A DNA stretch of 64,000 nucleotides, from assembly GCA_903789635.1 (NCBI GenBank), contig CAIFEY010000012.1, forward strand, positions 138 through 64,137, in the 5' to 3' direction. A program made the translations under genes and the position numbers. Shown here piece after piece: positions 9,514 through 21,815 of this stretch; within the stretch, counting starts at the first letter, position 1; each line of letters begins with the position of its first letter. Below the pieces are notes generated by a model, which searched no databases, had not been told where the DNA came from, and worked only from the letters and a program-made list of their open reading frames with translations. This stretch comes from an uncultured Eubacteriaceae bacterium. GTDB taxonomy: Bacteria; Bacillota; Clostridia; Peptostreptococcales; Anaerovoracaceae.

Positions 9514-10268
9514 TGGCAAGTGACAGCGACAAAAAACGAAGAGCTCACAAACCAGCCGACACTGCGGTCAACCTGTTGATCGTCCTCCTGATCGGGGTCA
9601 TGCTCTTCAGCGGCTGGCAGCTCTTCAAGGCCTATCAGCGCTACCACACCGGCACCAAGGCCTATAAATCCATGCAGGCCGCCGCCGGCACGGACTCCTC
9701 TGGCGAGAAGGCGCCCGACTTCAAGGCACTCCGGAAGAAGTACAAGGACGTCAAAGCCTGGCTCTACCAGAAAGACACGGTCATCAACTACCCGGTCGTC
9801 CAGGGCAAAGACAACCAGTACTACCTCTACCGCCTGCCTGATGGCACCTGGAACGTCAAGGGCTCACTGTTCATCGACTTCCGGAACAAGCACCCGTTCA
9901 ACGACTTCCTGACCGTCATCTACGGCCACCGCATGAAGGACCACAGCATGTTCTGGCACATCGCCGACTTCCGCGACCCGGATTACTACAAGAAGCACAA
10001 GCAGATGACCCTCTTCACCCCGGGTCACACCTACACGCTGAAGATCTTCGCGGCCGAGACCATCCCGTCTAAGAGCCGACTCTACCGCTTCGACTTCCGC
10101 ACCGCCACCTCCAAGGCCGCGTACCTTAAGAAGATCCGCAGGAGGAGCGACATCTCCCCGGAAATCAAGGTCTCCGCAGACGACCGCATCGTCATGCTGA
10201 GCACCTGCACCTACGAGTACCAGAACGCTCGGGCGGTCGTGTTCGCGAAGCTGGTGGAGAGGAAGTAG
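9513..10268 (+). CDS. srtB: Class B sortase
   Basis: 251 aa. N-terminal TM anchor, YPVVQGKDNQYYL, GHRMKDHSMF, the catalytic LSTCTYE (TLxTC-like) and a late Arg. The ATG overlaps the GntR stop (TGATG). Confidence 0.88.
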   Translation: MASDSDKKRRAHKPADTAVNLLIVLLIGVMLFSGWQLFKAYQRYHTGTKAYKSMQAAAGTDSSGEKAPDFKALRKKYKDVKAWLYQKDTVINYPVVQGKDNQYYLYRLPDGTWNVKGSLFIDFRNKHPFNDFLTVIYGHRMKDHSMFWHIADFRDPDYYKKHKQMTLFTPGHTYTLKIFAAETIPSKSRLYRFDFRTATSKAAYLKKIRRRSDISPEIKVSADDRIVMLSTCTYEYQNARAVVFAKLVERK

Positions 10269-10458
10269 CCGGCGTTCCTGCGGCGCGTAGGCTGCGGCGC
10301 GGTTTCCACTATCATAAGCATCACGAGGCCGCAACAGCGCTTAGAAACTTTCGATGCCCGCGCGGAAATGCCGCGTCAAAATTTAATAATCGTACAGTAA
10401 ACAGCGCGGGCGGGCGGCGCGGCGGGAACGACACCCCTCTGCGGGGAAGTGGCGGCGT

Positions 10459-11066
10459 GTATACTGCATACGCCGACATTCCTCCCTTTTCTAATAACAA
10501 ACGAGGGGGTAAGCTGCGCCGCAGTTGGGAATTTCGCCCATTCATCGGCCATTTCCCAACAATGCAAAAAAAGTTAGGGAAAACGGCGCCGAAATCCTGT
10601 ATTTCCCAACAGCTAAGCGAGGCTGGTGGGCGTCTCCGTCACTGCCGCAGATCACAGTCATCAATTAAACCAGTGCGCCCGCAAAAATTGACTGCACCGC
10701 CGCCGTCATTCTGGACAGACTGCATAATCCGCCGCACAACACCGTCATGTTGTCGTCCATTTTACAGCAACGGCGGCGGTGCTTTCAATACCCGTCGATG
10801 ATCATCGCCCTGCGTATACCCCTGTAGGGTATACCGTTTTATACACCCGTCGCTGGCGACTTTGGAATTTGGGCTTATAGGTGTGCATTATCCCAAATTT
10901 CCGTTGATGCCTGGGAAATTGGCGAATTATCATGGAAATTCCAAAATTCCAGGCCGCCGCTGCTGCACTGCGCGGGCGGGTCGGCGCAGGAGCGGCACAT
11001 TCTTCCCTCCGGCGGCGCAGGAGCGGCACATCCTTTCTCCGGAAGCGGCGTATACTGCATACGCCG
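10459..11066. repeat. Dispersed repeat module A (core 10524-10965), bounded by a perfect 17-bp direct repeat
   Basis: gtatactgcatacgccg occurs at 10459-10475 and 11050-11066. The core is about three-quarters identical by eye to the reverse complement of 39091-39530. It holds multiple TTTCCCAA/TTGGGAAA motifs and the central palindrome gtatacccctgtagggtatac. Confidence 0.85.
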
Positions 11067-11103
11067 CCGCCGTTTCATTTACATTTCATTTATATATCAC
11101 GCG

Positions 11104-11141
11104 AAAACGAGGGGCCGCGTCTCCGCAGTCCCCCTCGTTTT
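11104..11141 (-). terminator. Bidirectional hairpin / terminator downstream of clpB
   Basis: aaaacgagggg-N15-cccctcgtttt, located 69 nt after the clpB stop. Confidence 0.65.
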
Positions 11142-11209
11142 CCACGTATTCCATGTTTTTCCATCTTATCAGTAACAACCGTAATTCGCGTCAGCCGCGG
11201 CCATCTCGC

Positions 11210-13822
<2,613 letters not shown>

Positions 13823-13928
13823 TTCTCTTTCACCTCTTATCCTTTTACCGGGCGGATGCGCGTCCCCCGCGCCATTCCCGCCTTCTGAGTCTTATTATAC
13901 CCCCTTGCGGACGGATGTAAAGACTTTT

Positions 13929-13955
13929 TTAGCACTCATTTTAATAGAGTGCTAA
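13929..13955. promoter_or_regulatory. CIRCE element (HrcA operator)
   Basis: TTAGCACTC-ATTTTAATA-GAGTGCTAA is a perfect match to the CIRCE consensus TTAGCACTC-N9-GAGTGCTAA. Lies 107 nt upstream of the clpB start. Confidence 0.9.
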
Positions 13956-14757
13956 CATTTTTATTCACGCGGCCGATATTTATGCGACAAAACCCCTGCC
14001 TTCCCTCCACACCGCCGGACCTGATGTATTCCTGCAGCCGAACTCCGTCCGTAGGGCGTCCCTGCTCGGCGGCGCCGAACTTCTCCGGCGCCCGGCTGTA
14101 CTCACCCACACGCCCACGCAAAAAACAGAAACGCCGCCAGCGGGTCTCCCCGCTCGGCGGCACTTCCGTATTAGATTGATTCTGTTAAATATGTTAGATT
14201 TCTTGAAAATAAGGAGAACAAATCTGATGTGCCTCGGCCAGAATCTACCGAATATCAGCACGTACAGCCGCTTCGGCGGGGCCGATCGCGGGACGGAAAC
14301 CCGCGGCTCCCGCAGCCCGCCTGCACGGCAGGCCCGGCTGCTATCTCTATTATACTCCATTGCACCGATTTCGAAACAATTGATATTTTATTCACAATAA
14401 AAATGCACACCTTGGCAAAAAATGTGCATTTTTCCACTCATCTGTTAGGTTTTTCACAATGTGATATACGCGACTTTCGAGCATTCCCAACGCGCGCGGG
14501 GCGCGGCTCGCCTCCCGCGCGGCACCCCCACCGCCCGACCGCGCCGGAGGCTTCGCCGCATCACACCGCACCGAAGAACGCCGCCCCTCAGCCCTTTCAC
14601 GCCCCCGGGCCGAGAGGCGGCGCCTCCCATCCAAACTTTCCTGACACCTGCGCGTCCCCCGCGCTTTCCGTCCGCTTGAGCGCGCCCCCGCGCCCTTCTT
14701 ATCCTTCGCGGGCGCTCCCCCGGCGCTCCTGCCAGGCTGGGGCGGCGCCCCCGCGCG

Positions 14758-15750
14758 CTACTTCGCGGCTTCCTTAGCGGCCTCCTTCGCCGCCTCTTTC
14801 CGCGCGCGCTCCTTCAGCACCTTGCCGAACCAGTGGCCCAGGATGCCGGCGAGCATCTGCTGGAACAGGGTTCCGACCAGAACCGGAAAGATCGCGCCGC
14901 CCGGGAAGTACTGCGCGGCGAGGACCGCGCCGACGGAGATGTTACGGATGCCGCCGCTGAAGATCATCGTCGTCGCATTCTGGACCTTGGTGCGCATGAT
15001 CAGTGTGATCGCGAACATGACGAAGTAGGCGAAGACGATGATGAACAGCATGAACAGGATTACCAGCAGGTACAGCGGCTTCAGGTGAAGCAGGTACGGC
15101 GCAACCTTGGTGCTGTTCAGCGTCATGACGAGGATCATCGCGATTCTGGCGAACGGGGTGACCTTTGGCCGCAGAACCTCCTTGGCCTTACCGTGGCTGA
15201 ACTGGTTCATGCAGAGCGCGATCAGCGACGGGATGACGATCATGAAGATCATGCTGCGCATCATCGGCCAGGCCGGGATGTGGACGACCGTGCCGAGCAG
15301 CATAGACAGAATGACCGGCAGCAGGAACGGCGAGATCAGCGTGTCCACGACCATGATCGAAAGCGACAGCGCGATGTTGCCGCCGTACAGCTCCGCCCAG
15401 GTCATGCCCATCATGCCCGCCGGGACGATCTGCTCGATGACGATGCCCATCACGAGGTTCATGTCGTTGTGGAAAAATATCATGCCGAGCAGATAGCCGA
15501 GCACCGGCATCAGAATATGAAGAAAGGCGAGCACGACGAACACCGGAAGCGGGTGCTTGCTGACGTCCCGCAGCGCCTGGAAATTGGACCCGAGGCTCCC
15601 CTGGAACGCCATGACCATGAAGAAGTACGCCGCCAGCCACTGGTACTTGGCGAACCACGGCGAGATCAGCACGCCCAGCAGCACGCACGTCGGCGGGACG
15701 AACATGATGTGCTTCTCGATAAATGTGTTAAATGAATACAAATACCTCAT
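14758..15750 (-). CDS. Bile acid:sodium symporter (BASS/SBF) family transporter
   Basis: A polytopic membrane protein. The spacing of helices resembles the BASS family, with a lysine/alanine-rich tail (KEAAKEAAKEAAK). Start set to MRYLYSF; the upstream part of the ORF has no convincing RBS. Confidence 0.7.
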   Translation of the reverse strand: MRYLYSFNTFIEKHIMFVPPTCVLLGVLISPWFAKYQWLAAYFFMVMAFQGSLGSNFQALRDVSKHPLPVFVVLAFLHILMPVLGYLLGMIFFHNDMNLVMGIVIEQIVPAGMMGMTWAELYGGNIALSLSIMVVDTLISPFLLPVILSMLLGTVVHIPAWPMMRSMIFMIVIPSLIALCMNQFSHGKAKEVLRPKVTPFARIAMILVMTLNSTKVAPYLLHLKPLYLLVILFMLFIIVFAYFVMFAITLIMRTKVQNATTMIFSGGIRNISVGAVLAAQYFPGGAIFPVLVGTLFQQMLAGILGHWFGKVLKERARKEAAKEAAKEAAK

Positions 15751-16118
15751 ATTTCTACAGAGCTTCCTTCCCTTCCCATGAAAACAAACTCCTTTCATAT
15801 TAACACATTCGCCGGCAGCGATGAAGGACCGAAGGGGAATTTTCTGCCTGAGCAAGTGGTTTTTGCCGCGACAAAGGAAAAAGTCACAAGAAATTCAAGC
15901 AATCGCCGGTAATCCGTGGTAAAATAAAAATTCGTATGATGAGATTCTGCGCCCTTTTCCGTTCTCTTCCCGCCAGGGACAATTCGAATGACAAAACCGA
16001 CCCGCGCGCACGGCGCACGGAGCCGCAGGAGGGAAACCGGGGCTGATGCAGAATGCCCGTCAATCGTCTTTTCAGGCATGTAAGCTAATGATTTTTAACG
16101 CATATAAAAGGAAAACTT

Positions 16119-17774
16119 ATGTCTAGAAAAAATTCAGCTGTCGGCGGCGCCGCGATACTGGCTGCCGCTGGAATTATTGTTAAACTTCTGGGATTCGTCT
16201 TCCGTATCCCGCTGACCCGCTGGATCGGCGCCTCCGGAATGGCTGACTACACGCCGGCCTACGATGTATACAGCCTCCTGCTGATCGTCGCGACCTCCGG
16301 CATCCCGGTCGCCATCTCCAAGCTGGTCTCCGAGCGCTGCGCCGTCGGGGAATACCGCGAGGCGAGCCGCGTCTTCCACATCGCGCGCATGCTGATGTGG
16401 GGCATCGGCATCACGGGATTCCTGATCCTGTGGTTCTGCGCGGGACCGATCTCCCACGCGATCGGCATCGAGACTTCGGCGCTCTCCATGAAGGCGACCG
16501 CGCCTGCCCTGCTGTTCGTGCCGATCATGTCGTCGTACCGCGGATTCTTCCAGGGCCTCGAGATCATGCAGCCGACCGCGCTGTCGGAAATCGCCGAGCA
16601 GATCGCCCGCGTCATCGTCGGACTGGGTGCGGCGTACCTGCTGTTCCACGCGATCATCCTTCCGGACTCGCTGAACGGCGGCTTCACCGGAATTGAGGCG
16701 CTGCGCTCCAAGGGCGCTGCCGGAGCCTGCCTGGGCGCATCAGCAGGTGCACTCGCAGGTTTCCTCGTCATGATCTGGATTCGTTTCATGTACAGGCATA
16801 TTTTGTCCAGAAAGATCGCCAAGGACCACAGCACGGTCCACGAATCCGGCAAAAAGCTCCTCAAGCGCATCATCTGGATCGCCTTCCCGATCACGCTTGC
16901 TGCCTGCATCATGCCGATCGTCAACCTGATCGACGTTGCGATCGTCCAGAACCGCCTGACCGGCATGGGCTACAGCTACGAGGCGGCAAAAAACCTCTAC
17001 GGCCAGCTCACGGCAATGGCCGCGCCGATCATCAGCTTCCCGCTGGTGCTGATCCAGGCCCTGACGGCGACGATCGTCCCGATGGTCTCCCGCGCCTGGA
17101 AGCTGCAGGACCACGACCTGCTCGAGCGCGACTGCATCTTCGGATTCCGCGCCTCGTCGCTGATCGCGCTGCCATGCATCGTCGGCATGATCGTCATCGC
17201 GCAGCCGATCCTGATCCTGTTCTACGGTGACCAGGCCCGCCGCGCCCCGGCTGCGGCTTCCTGCCTGCAGATCTACGCGCTGAGCTTCTTCTTCCTCGCC
17301 CTCGTCAGCATCGCCACGGCCATGCTCCAGGGTCTCGGAAAGCAGCAGATCCCGGTCATCAACATCTTCATCGGCATCGCCCTGAAGATCGTGATCACCT
17401 GGACCCTGACCGGCGTCCCGGCGATCAACGTCCGCGGCGCGGCGATCGGAACCACCTGTTCCTACGCCCTCGCCTCGGTCCTGGACATCATCGCCCTCAA
17501 GCGCATCACCGGCGTCAAACTCAGGCTCCCGAGCAGCCTGGTCAAGCCGCTCGCGGCCTCGCTCGTCATGGGCGCCGCGGTCCTCCTGACCAACCTCGCG
17601 ATGACCCACCTGACCTCGAGCCTCTACCTGAACACCCTGGTTGACATCGTCGTAGGCATCGCCGTCTACGCCTTCATGGCCCTCGCCGTCCACGCCCTGA
17701 GCCCGGAGGAGATCGCCTACCTGCCGCACGGCCACAGGATTCAGCGGATTGTAGATAAGTTGACGAGGAAATAA
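16119..17774 (+). CDS. MOP-superfamily flippase (polysaccharide biosynthesis protein / SpoVB-MurJ-like)
   Basis: 551 aa with about 14 predicted TM helices. The N-terminus GAAILAAAGIIVKLLGFVFRIPLTRWIG...AISKLVSE is typical of SpoVB/Wzx-like proteins. Confidence 0.8.
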   Translation: MSRKNSAVGGAAILAAAGIIVKLLGFVFRIPLTRWIGASGMADYTPAYDVYSLLLIVATSGIPVAISKLVSERCAVGEYREASRVFHIARMLMWGIGITGFLILWFCAGPISHAIGIETSALSMKATAPALLFVPIMSSYRGFFQGLEIMQPTALSEIAEQIARVIVGLGAAYLLFHAIILPDSLNGGFTGIEALRSKGAAGACLGASAGALAGFLVMIWIRFMYRHILSRKIAKDHSTVHESGKKLLKRIIWIAFPITLAACIMPIVNLIDVAIVQNRLTGMGYSYEAAKNLYGQLTAMAAPIISFPLVLIQALTATIVPMVSRAWKLQDHDLLERDCIFGFRASSLIALPCIVGMIVIAQPILILFYGDQARRAPAAASCLQIYALSFFFLALVSIATAMLQGLGKQQIPVINIFIGIALKIVITWTLTGVPAINVRGAAIGTTCSYALASVLDIIALKRITGVKLRLPSSLVKPLAASLVMGAAVLLTNLAMTHLTSSLYLNTLVDIVVGIAVYAFMALAVHALSPEEIAYLPHGHRIQRIVDKLTRK

Positions 17775-17923
17775 CCGAGGGGTTGACGAGATCGGATAAG
17801 AAGAAGTGATGCAGTCGAATGACTGCATAGTGACTGCACAATATAGAGAATCCAACGTTATTCGATAACGTGAGAGATTCAAGAGATTGATGAATTGAAG
17901 GATTGAAGGAGTGAAGGAGTGAA

Positions 17924-17963
17924 GCGCCCGCCCGGGGATGATTCGGGCGGGCGCTGGTTTTTT
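17924..17963 (+). terminator. Rho-independent terminator of the flippase gene
   Basis: An 11-bp GC stem, gcgcccgcccg-gggatgatt-cgggcgggcgc, followed by tggtttttt. Confidence 0.88.
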
Positions 17964-17997
17964 ATGATAATAGGAAGTGGCGCTAACTGGGCTGTTT

Positions 17998-18232
17998 GGG
18001 TATACTGTGTGCACCAATAACTGGAAGATTCGACTGCGGATGTGCGCTCATGCGGTCGATCAATTTACCGGGGGGCTGATTGGGTATACTGTGTGCACCA
18101 ATAACTGTAAAATTTGACTGCGGATGTGCGCTCATGCGGTCGATCAATATACCGGTGGCTGATTGTGTATACTGTGTGCACCAATAACTGTAAAATTTGA
18201 CTGCGGATGTGCGCTCATGCGGTCGGTTAATA
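17998..18232. repeat. Tandem repeat, 3 x 83-84 bp
   Basis: Units start at about 18000, 18084 and 18167 with ggtatactgtgtgcaccaataactg.aa.att.gactgcggatgtgcgctcatgcggtcg. They are head-to-tail with no spacers and more than 90% identical. Confidence 0.92.
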
Positions 18233-18860
18233 GGAAAAAATGCCCTTTTCAGGAAGACGTCGCCAAGATCTTCGGCTATATTGAAAAATCATTTTGTGCC
18301 GAATCTCCCGCGGTCAGATCGCAGCTAATATCAGAATAGTCAGACGACTACCGGGCGATTCGGCCGGTAGTTTGATGATGATCGGATGACCTCTGCCCAC
18401 GGCGGCGCAAATTGCATATAATAACATGCAAACGGCGCCGCCAGCGTTGGACTGCGCGATCATTTGTACATATAAATATCTGCTCACACGCGTATATTCA
18501 GATAATTTTACTCTGTGTCCAGGCGCCTGCGCCGCCTCGCATCGTCGATCCCCCGGTCTGCTCTGCACGCGCTCGCGGCGGCTTCATAATGTCGTAATGT
18601 TTTCGATATAACAGATGTTTTTTTGATATTTTTAGCTCATGATCAAATCGCGCCATTTTCAAAACTGCCCGCGGCGCAGGTAGCAATTATGCTATCGGGT
18701 ACTTAGGCGATATATTGCCCTACTCATGTTTCATCGCGAGATATCGTGGCGATCGGCTGATCATTTCAGTAAAACACTCGTTATTTATGCATTGCTAATT
18801 GTATACAGTATACCCTCGTATCATTTTCCACATCGTCTTCCCTAGTGAATATGGAAGCGT

Positions 18861-18935
18861 CGCCTTTCAGCCCGGGACGGGCTGAGAGACGGCGCTGTTT
18901 TTTTGCGGCGCGGGCTCCGGCGCCGAGCTTGGCGG
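18861..18935. repeat. GC-rich dispersed repeat R3, copy a
   Basis: cgcctttcagcccgggacgggctgag..cggc...tgcggcgcgggctccggcgccgag is shared with 24098-24170. Contains the hairpin cagcccg-gga-cgggctg. Confidence 0.75.
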
Positions 18936-19164
18936 GATGGGGCGCGGCGCGGGAACACCGCCGCGGGCGCGCGCGGAATATAATGGGAAGCGGCGCGCGG
19001 CATTCGGGCAGCGGCGCAAACGCAGTAACTGCTGGGTGCTGCGCCGCCTCGATTATGATGAGCGGCGTCGTTGTTTGCCGTGCGCGCGCCGGCATCCCCG
19101 GTATCCGAACACAATCCCGCATCCCGCCGCAACAGCAAGGGATGCGGCGACCGCCCCTGCCACG

Positions 19165-19205
19165 AGCGAAAAACGGGATCCCGCCCCATGGGAATCCCGT
19201 TTTTC
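19165..19205 (-). terminator. Probable terminator downstream of the glutamine synthetase gene
   Basis: aaaaacgggat-N14-atcccgttttt, a bidirectional hairpin with flanking A/T runs, about 150 nt after the stop at 19357. Confidence 0.6.
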
Positions 19206-19356
19206 CGTCTATTAACTTATTATCATTTGCATTTCCTGGTTTTACCAGAGGCGGCGGCTGCGCCGGGCGGCCGGACCGCCGTGATATTCTGCGGCGGCGG
19301 CAGGCTCCTTCGTCCCTGCGCTCCTGCGGTCCGCGGGCTGCCGTCACGCCGCCGCC

Positions 19357-21432
19357 CTACCGCTCGCTGAAGAGCAGGTCCGCGTAGGTCGGGAACGGCC
19401 AGGCGGATTTGGCGGTGAGGGTCTCGAGGGTGTCGGCGGTGGTGCGGACCTCGGTCATGGCCGGGAGGACGGCGTTGTGGAAGTAGAGCATCGACTCTTC
19501 TTCGCCGGATGGGGCGTGGGAGAGGACTTCGGCCAGGGAAGCGGTCTTCTCGGCGAGGCGGTCGGTGAGGAGGCTGAGCTTCTTTACGAGGTCGGCCTCG
19601 TAGGCGGAGACGGCGCCGAGGGACTGCTTGCGGGCGGCGCGCTCGGCGACGCTGGCGGTATACTCGGAGACGGCCGGCAGAATCTGCCTGCGCGCCATGT
19701 CGACCATGGTGTTCGCCTCGATGTTCAGGACCGCGGAGTAGTTCTCCATGTGGATGCGGCCGCGGGCGTCCATCTCTTCCTTGGTGTAGATGCCGTGGCG
19801 GATCAGGAGGCTCTCGTTCTTCTCGGAGACGTAGGCCGGGAGGGCTTCGGCGGAGGACTTGAGGTTGGCGAGGCCGCGGCGCTCGGCTTCGGCGATCCAC
19901 TCGTCGGTGTAGCCGTTGCCGTTGAAGATGATGCGGCTGTGTTCGGTGAACACGCGGCGGATCAGGGCGGACAGAGACTTCTGGAAGTCGTCCGCGCCCT
20001 CGAGTTCCTCGGCGAACTGGTCGAGCTCGTCTGCCATCATCGTGTTCAGGACGATGTTCGGGCCGGAAATCGACTGTGAGGAGCCGAGCATGCGGAATTC
20101 GAACTTGTTGCCGGTGAAGGCCATCGGGGAGGTGCGGTTCCGGTCGGTGTTGTCCTGGCGGATCTCCGGCAGAACATCAACCCCGATCTCGAGGGTCTTC
20201 TTCTTGCTGTCCAGGTAGTCTTTGTCGTCGTGAACGAGTGCGTCGACCACGGCGGAGAGGTCGTCCCCGAGGAAGATCGACATGACGGCCGGCGGTGCCT
20301 CCTGTGCGCCGAGCCTGTGGTCGTTGCCGGCGGATGCGACGGTTGCGCGGAGGAAGTCCTGGTATTCGTCTACGCCCTTGACAAAGGCAGCAAGGAACAG
20401 GAGGAAACGAGCGTTTTTGCTGGGCGTCTTACCCGGCTTGAACAGGTTCTCGCCGCTGTCGGTGGCCAGGGACCAGTTATCGTGCTTGCCGGAGCCGTTG
20501 ACGTAGGCGAACGGCTTCTCATGGATCAGGCAGACGAACCCGTGGCGGTCGGCCACCTTCTTCATCAGCTCCATCGTCAGCTGGTTGTGGTCGCAGGCAG
20601 TGTTCGCGTCCGTGTATACAGGAGCCATCTCATGCTGGGACGGCGCGACCTCGTTGTGCTTGGTCTTGGACAGGACGCCGACCTTCCAGAGCTCACGGTC
20701 CAGGTCTTCCATGAACGCGGAGACGCGCGGCTTGATCATGCCGAAGTAATGGTCCTCCATCTCCTGCCCGCGCGGCGGCTTGGCGCCGAACAGGGTCCGG
20801 CCGGCAAGGCGGAGGTCCTCACGCTGGTTGTAGAGTTTTTTGTCGATCAGGAAGTATTCCTGCTCCGGGCCGACCTGCGCGGTCACACGCTTGGTCTCCG
20901 TGTCGCCGAACAGGCGCAGGATCCTTACCGCGGAATTGCTGACGGCCTCCATCGAACGCAGCAGCGGCATCTTCTTATCGAGCGCCTCGCCCGAGTACGA
21001 GCAGAAGATTGTCGGGATGTACAGCGACCCCTCCTTGACGAACGCGAACGACGTCGGGTCCCACGCGGTGTAGCCTCTCGCCTCGAACGTGCTGCGCAGC
21101 CCGCCGGACGGGAAGGACGACGCGTCCGGCTCGCCCTTGACGAGCTCCTTGCCGGAGAACTCCATGATGATCTTTCCGCCGCCGGTCGGACGGATGAAGC
21201 TGTCGTGCTTCTCCGCCGTCGCGCCGGTCATCGGCTGGAACCAGTGGGTGTAGTGGGTCGCCCCCTTGGACACCGCCCACTGCTTCATCGCCTCCGCGAT
21301 CTCGCAGGCGGTCGAGATGTCCAGCGTCTTTCCCTCCGTCACGCACTCCTTCCACGCGATGAAGGACGCCTCGGACAGCCGCTCCTTCATCGTCTCCTCG
21401 TCGAACACCATGGAGCCGAACAGCTCCGGCAT
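19357..21432 (-). CDS. glnN: Glutamine synthetase, type III
   Basis: About 690 aa, the size expected for GSIII. The N-terminus MPELFGSMVFDEETMKERL resembles clostridial and Bacteroides GSIII proteins. Start chosen at the ATG with AGAGGAG 7 nt upstream. Confidence 0.9.
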   Translation of the reverse strand: MPELFGSMVFDEETMKERLSEASFIAWKECVTEGKTLDISTACEIAEAMKQWAVSKGATHYTHWFQPMTGATAEKHDSFIRPTGGGKIIMEFSGKELVKGEPDASSFPSGGLRSTFEARGYTAWDPTSFAFVKEGSLYIPTIFCSYSGEALDKKMPLLRSMEAVSNSAVRILRLFGDTETKRVTAQVGPEQEYFLIDKKLYNQREDLRLAGRTLFGAKPPRGQEMEDHYFGMIKPRVSAFMEDLDRELWKVGVLSKTKHNEVAPSQHEMAPVYTDANTACDHNQLTMELMKKVADRHGFVCLIHEKPFAYVNGSGKHDNWSLATDSGENLFKPGKTPSKNARFLLFLAAFVKGVDEYQDFLRATVASAGNDHRLGAQEAPPAVMSIFLGDDLSAVVDALVHDDKDYLDSKKKTLEIGVDVLPEIRQDNTDRNRTSPMAFTGNKFEFRMLGSSQSISGPNIVLNTMMADELDQFAEELEGADDFQKSLSALIRRVFTEHSRIIFNGNGYTDEWIAEAERRGLANLKSSAEALPAYVSEKNESLLIRHGIYTKEEMDARGRIHMENYSAVLNIEANTMVDMARRQILPAVSEYTASVAERAARKQSLGAVSAYEADLVKKLSLLTDRLAEKTASLAEVLSHAPSGEEESMLYFHNAVLPAMTEVRTTADTLETLTAKSAWPFPTYADLLFSER

Positions 21433-21815
21433 TTTCAGCTCCTCTTTCCTTTCAAATTCTCTTTCCATAGTTTTTTCCCCCTGATAACCCAAAATTAGAA
21501 TCTGTTTCTGTTGACGGCCGCCCCGCGCTGTATTTCAATCCTGCCGGAGGCGGCATTCCCTGATCCCGCCGCGCGAACCCCTCGGTCACGACGGACGGCG
21601 GCCAAGCGCCGAAGCGACTTGCCCTGAATCATAATAGCGATAACGGACTGTATGGTTATAGATTATACAAATACCTGGGACTGCAGGCGCCCCGGAGGAC
21701 TTATCGCAATCTCGGTAAGTATCGAATTGTCGCTGACCTCTTCAGCGGGCCGCCTGCGCCGTCTCATGTCATTTCCTCCCGGAAGCGGCGGCGGGCAGGC
21801 TTTCGGCTGTCCGGT

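Noticed and set aside
14227-14400. 57-codon ORF preceded by AAGGAG in the clpB-BASS spacer
   Set aside because: The SD-like sequence is plausible. The product, however, is Arg/Ser/Gly-rich with no hydrophobic core or motif, and the ORF spans an AT-rich to GC-rich junction. I cannot support it without Ribo-seq or conservation.
17998-18232. Possible CRISPR array
   Set aside because: The repeats are 83-84 bp and directly abutting with no unique spacers. There are no cas genes in the window.
18781-19900. Overlapping 180-225-aa ORFs in the GC-rich tract downstream of glnN, and their extension into the glnN 3' end
   Set aside because: Their Arg/Pro/Gly/Ala-dominated translations occur on both strands simultaneously, overlap a confidently called gene and have no RBS. 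This is a compositional artefact.
21493-21660. Glutamine (glnA-motif) riboswitch upstream of the type III glutamine synthetase
   Set aside because: No match to the conserved CGUUCACC...GGAAGUAGG...GAAGGAACGC elements that I can recognise.
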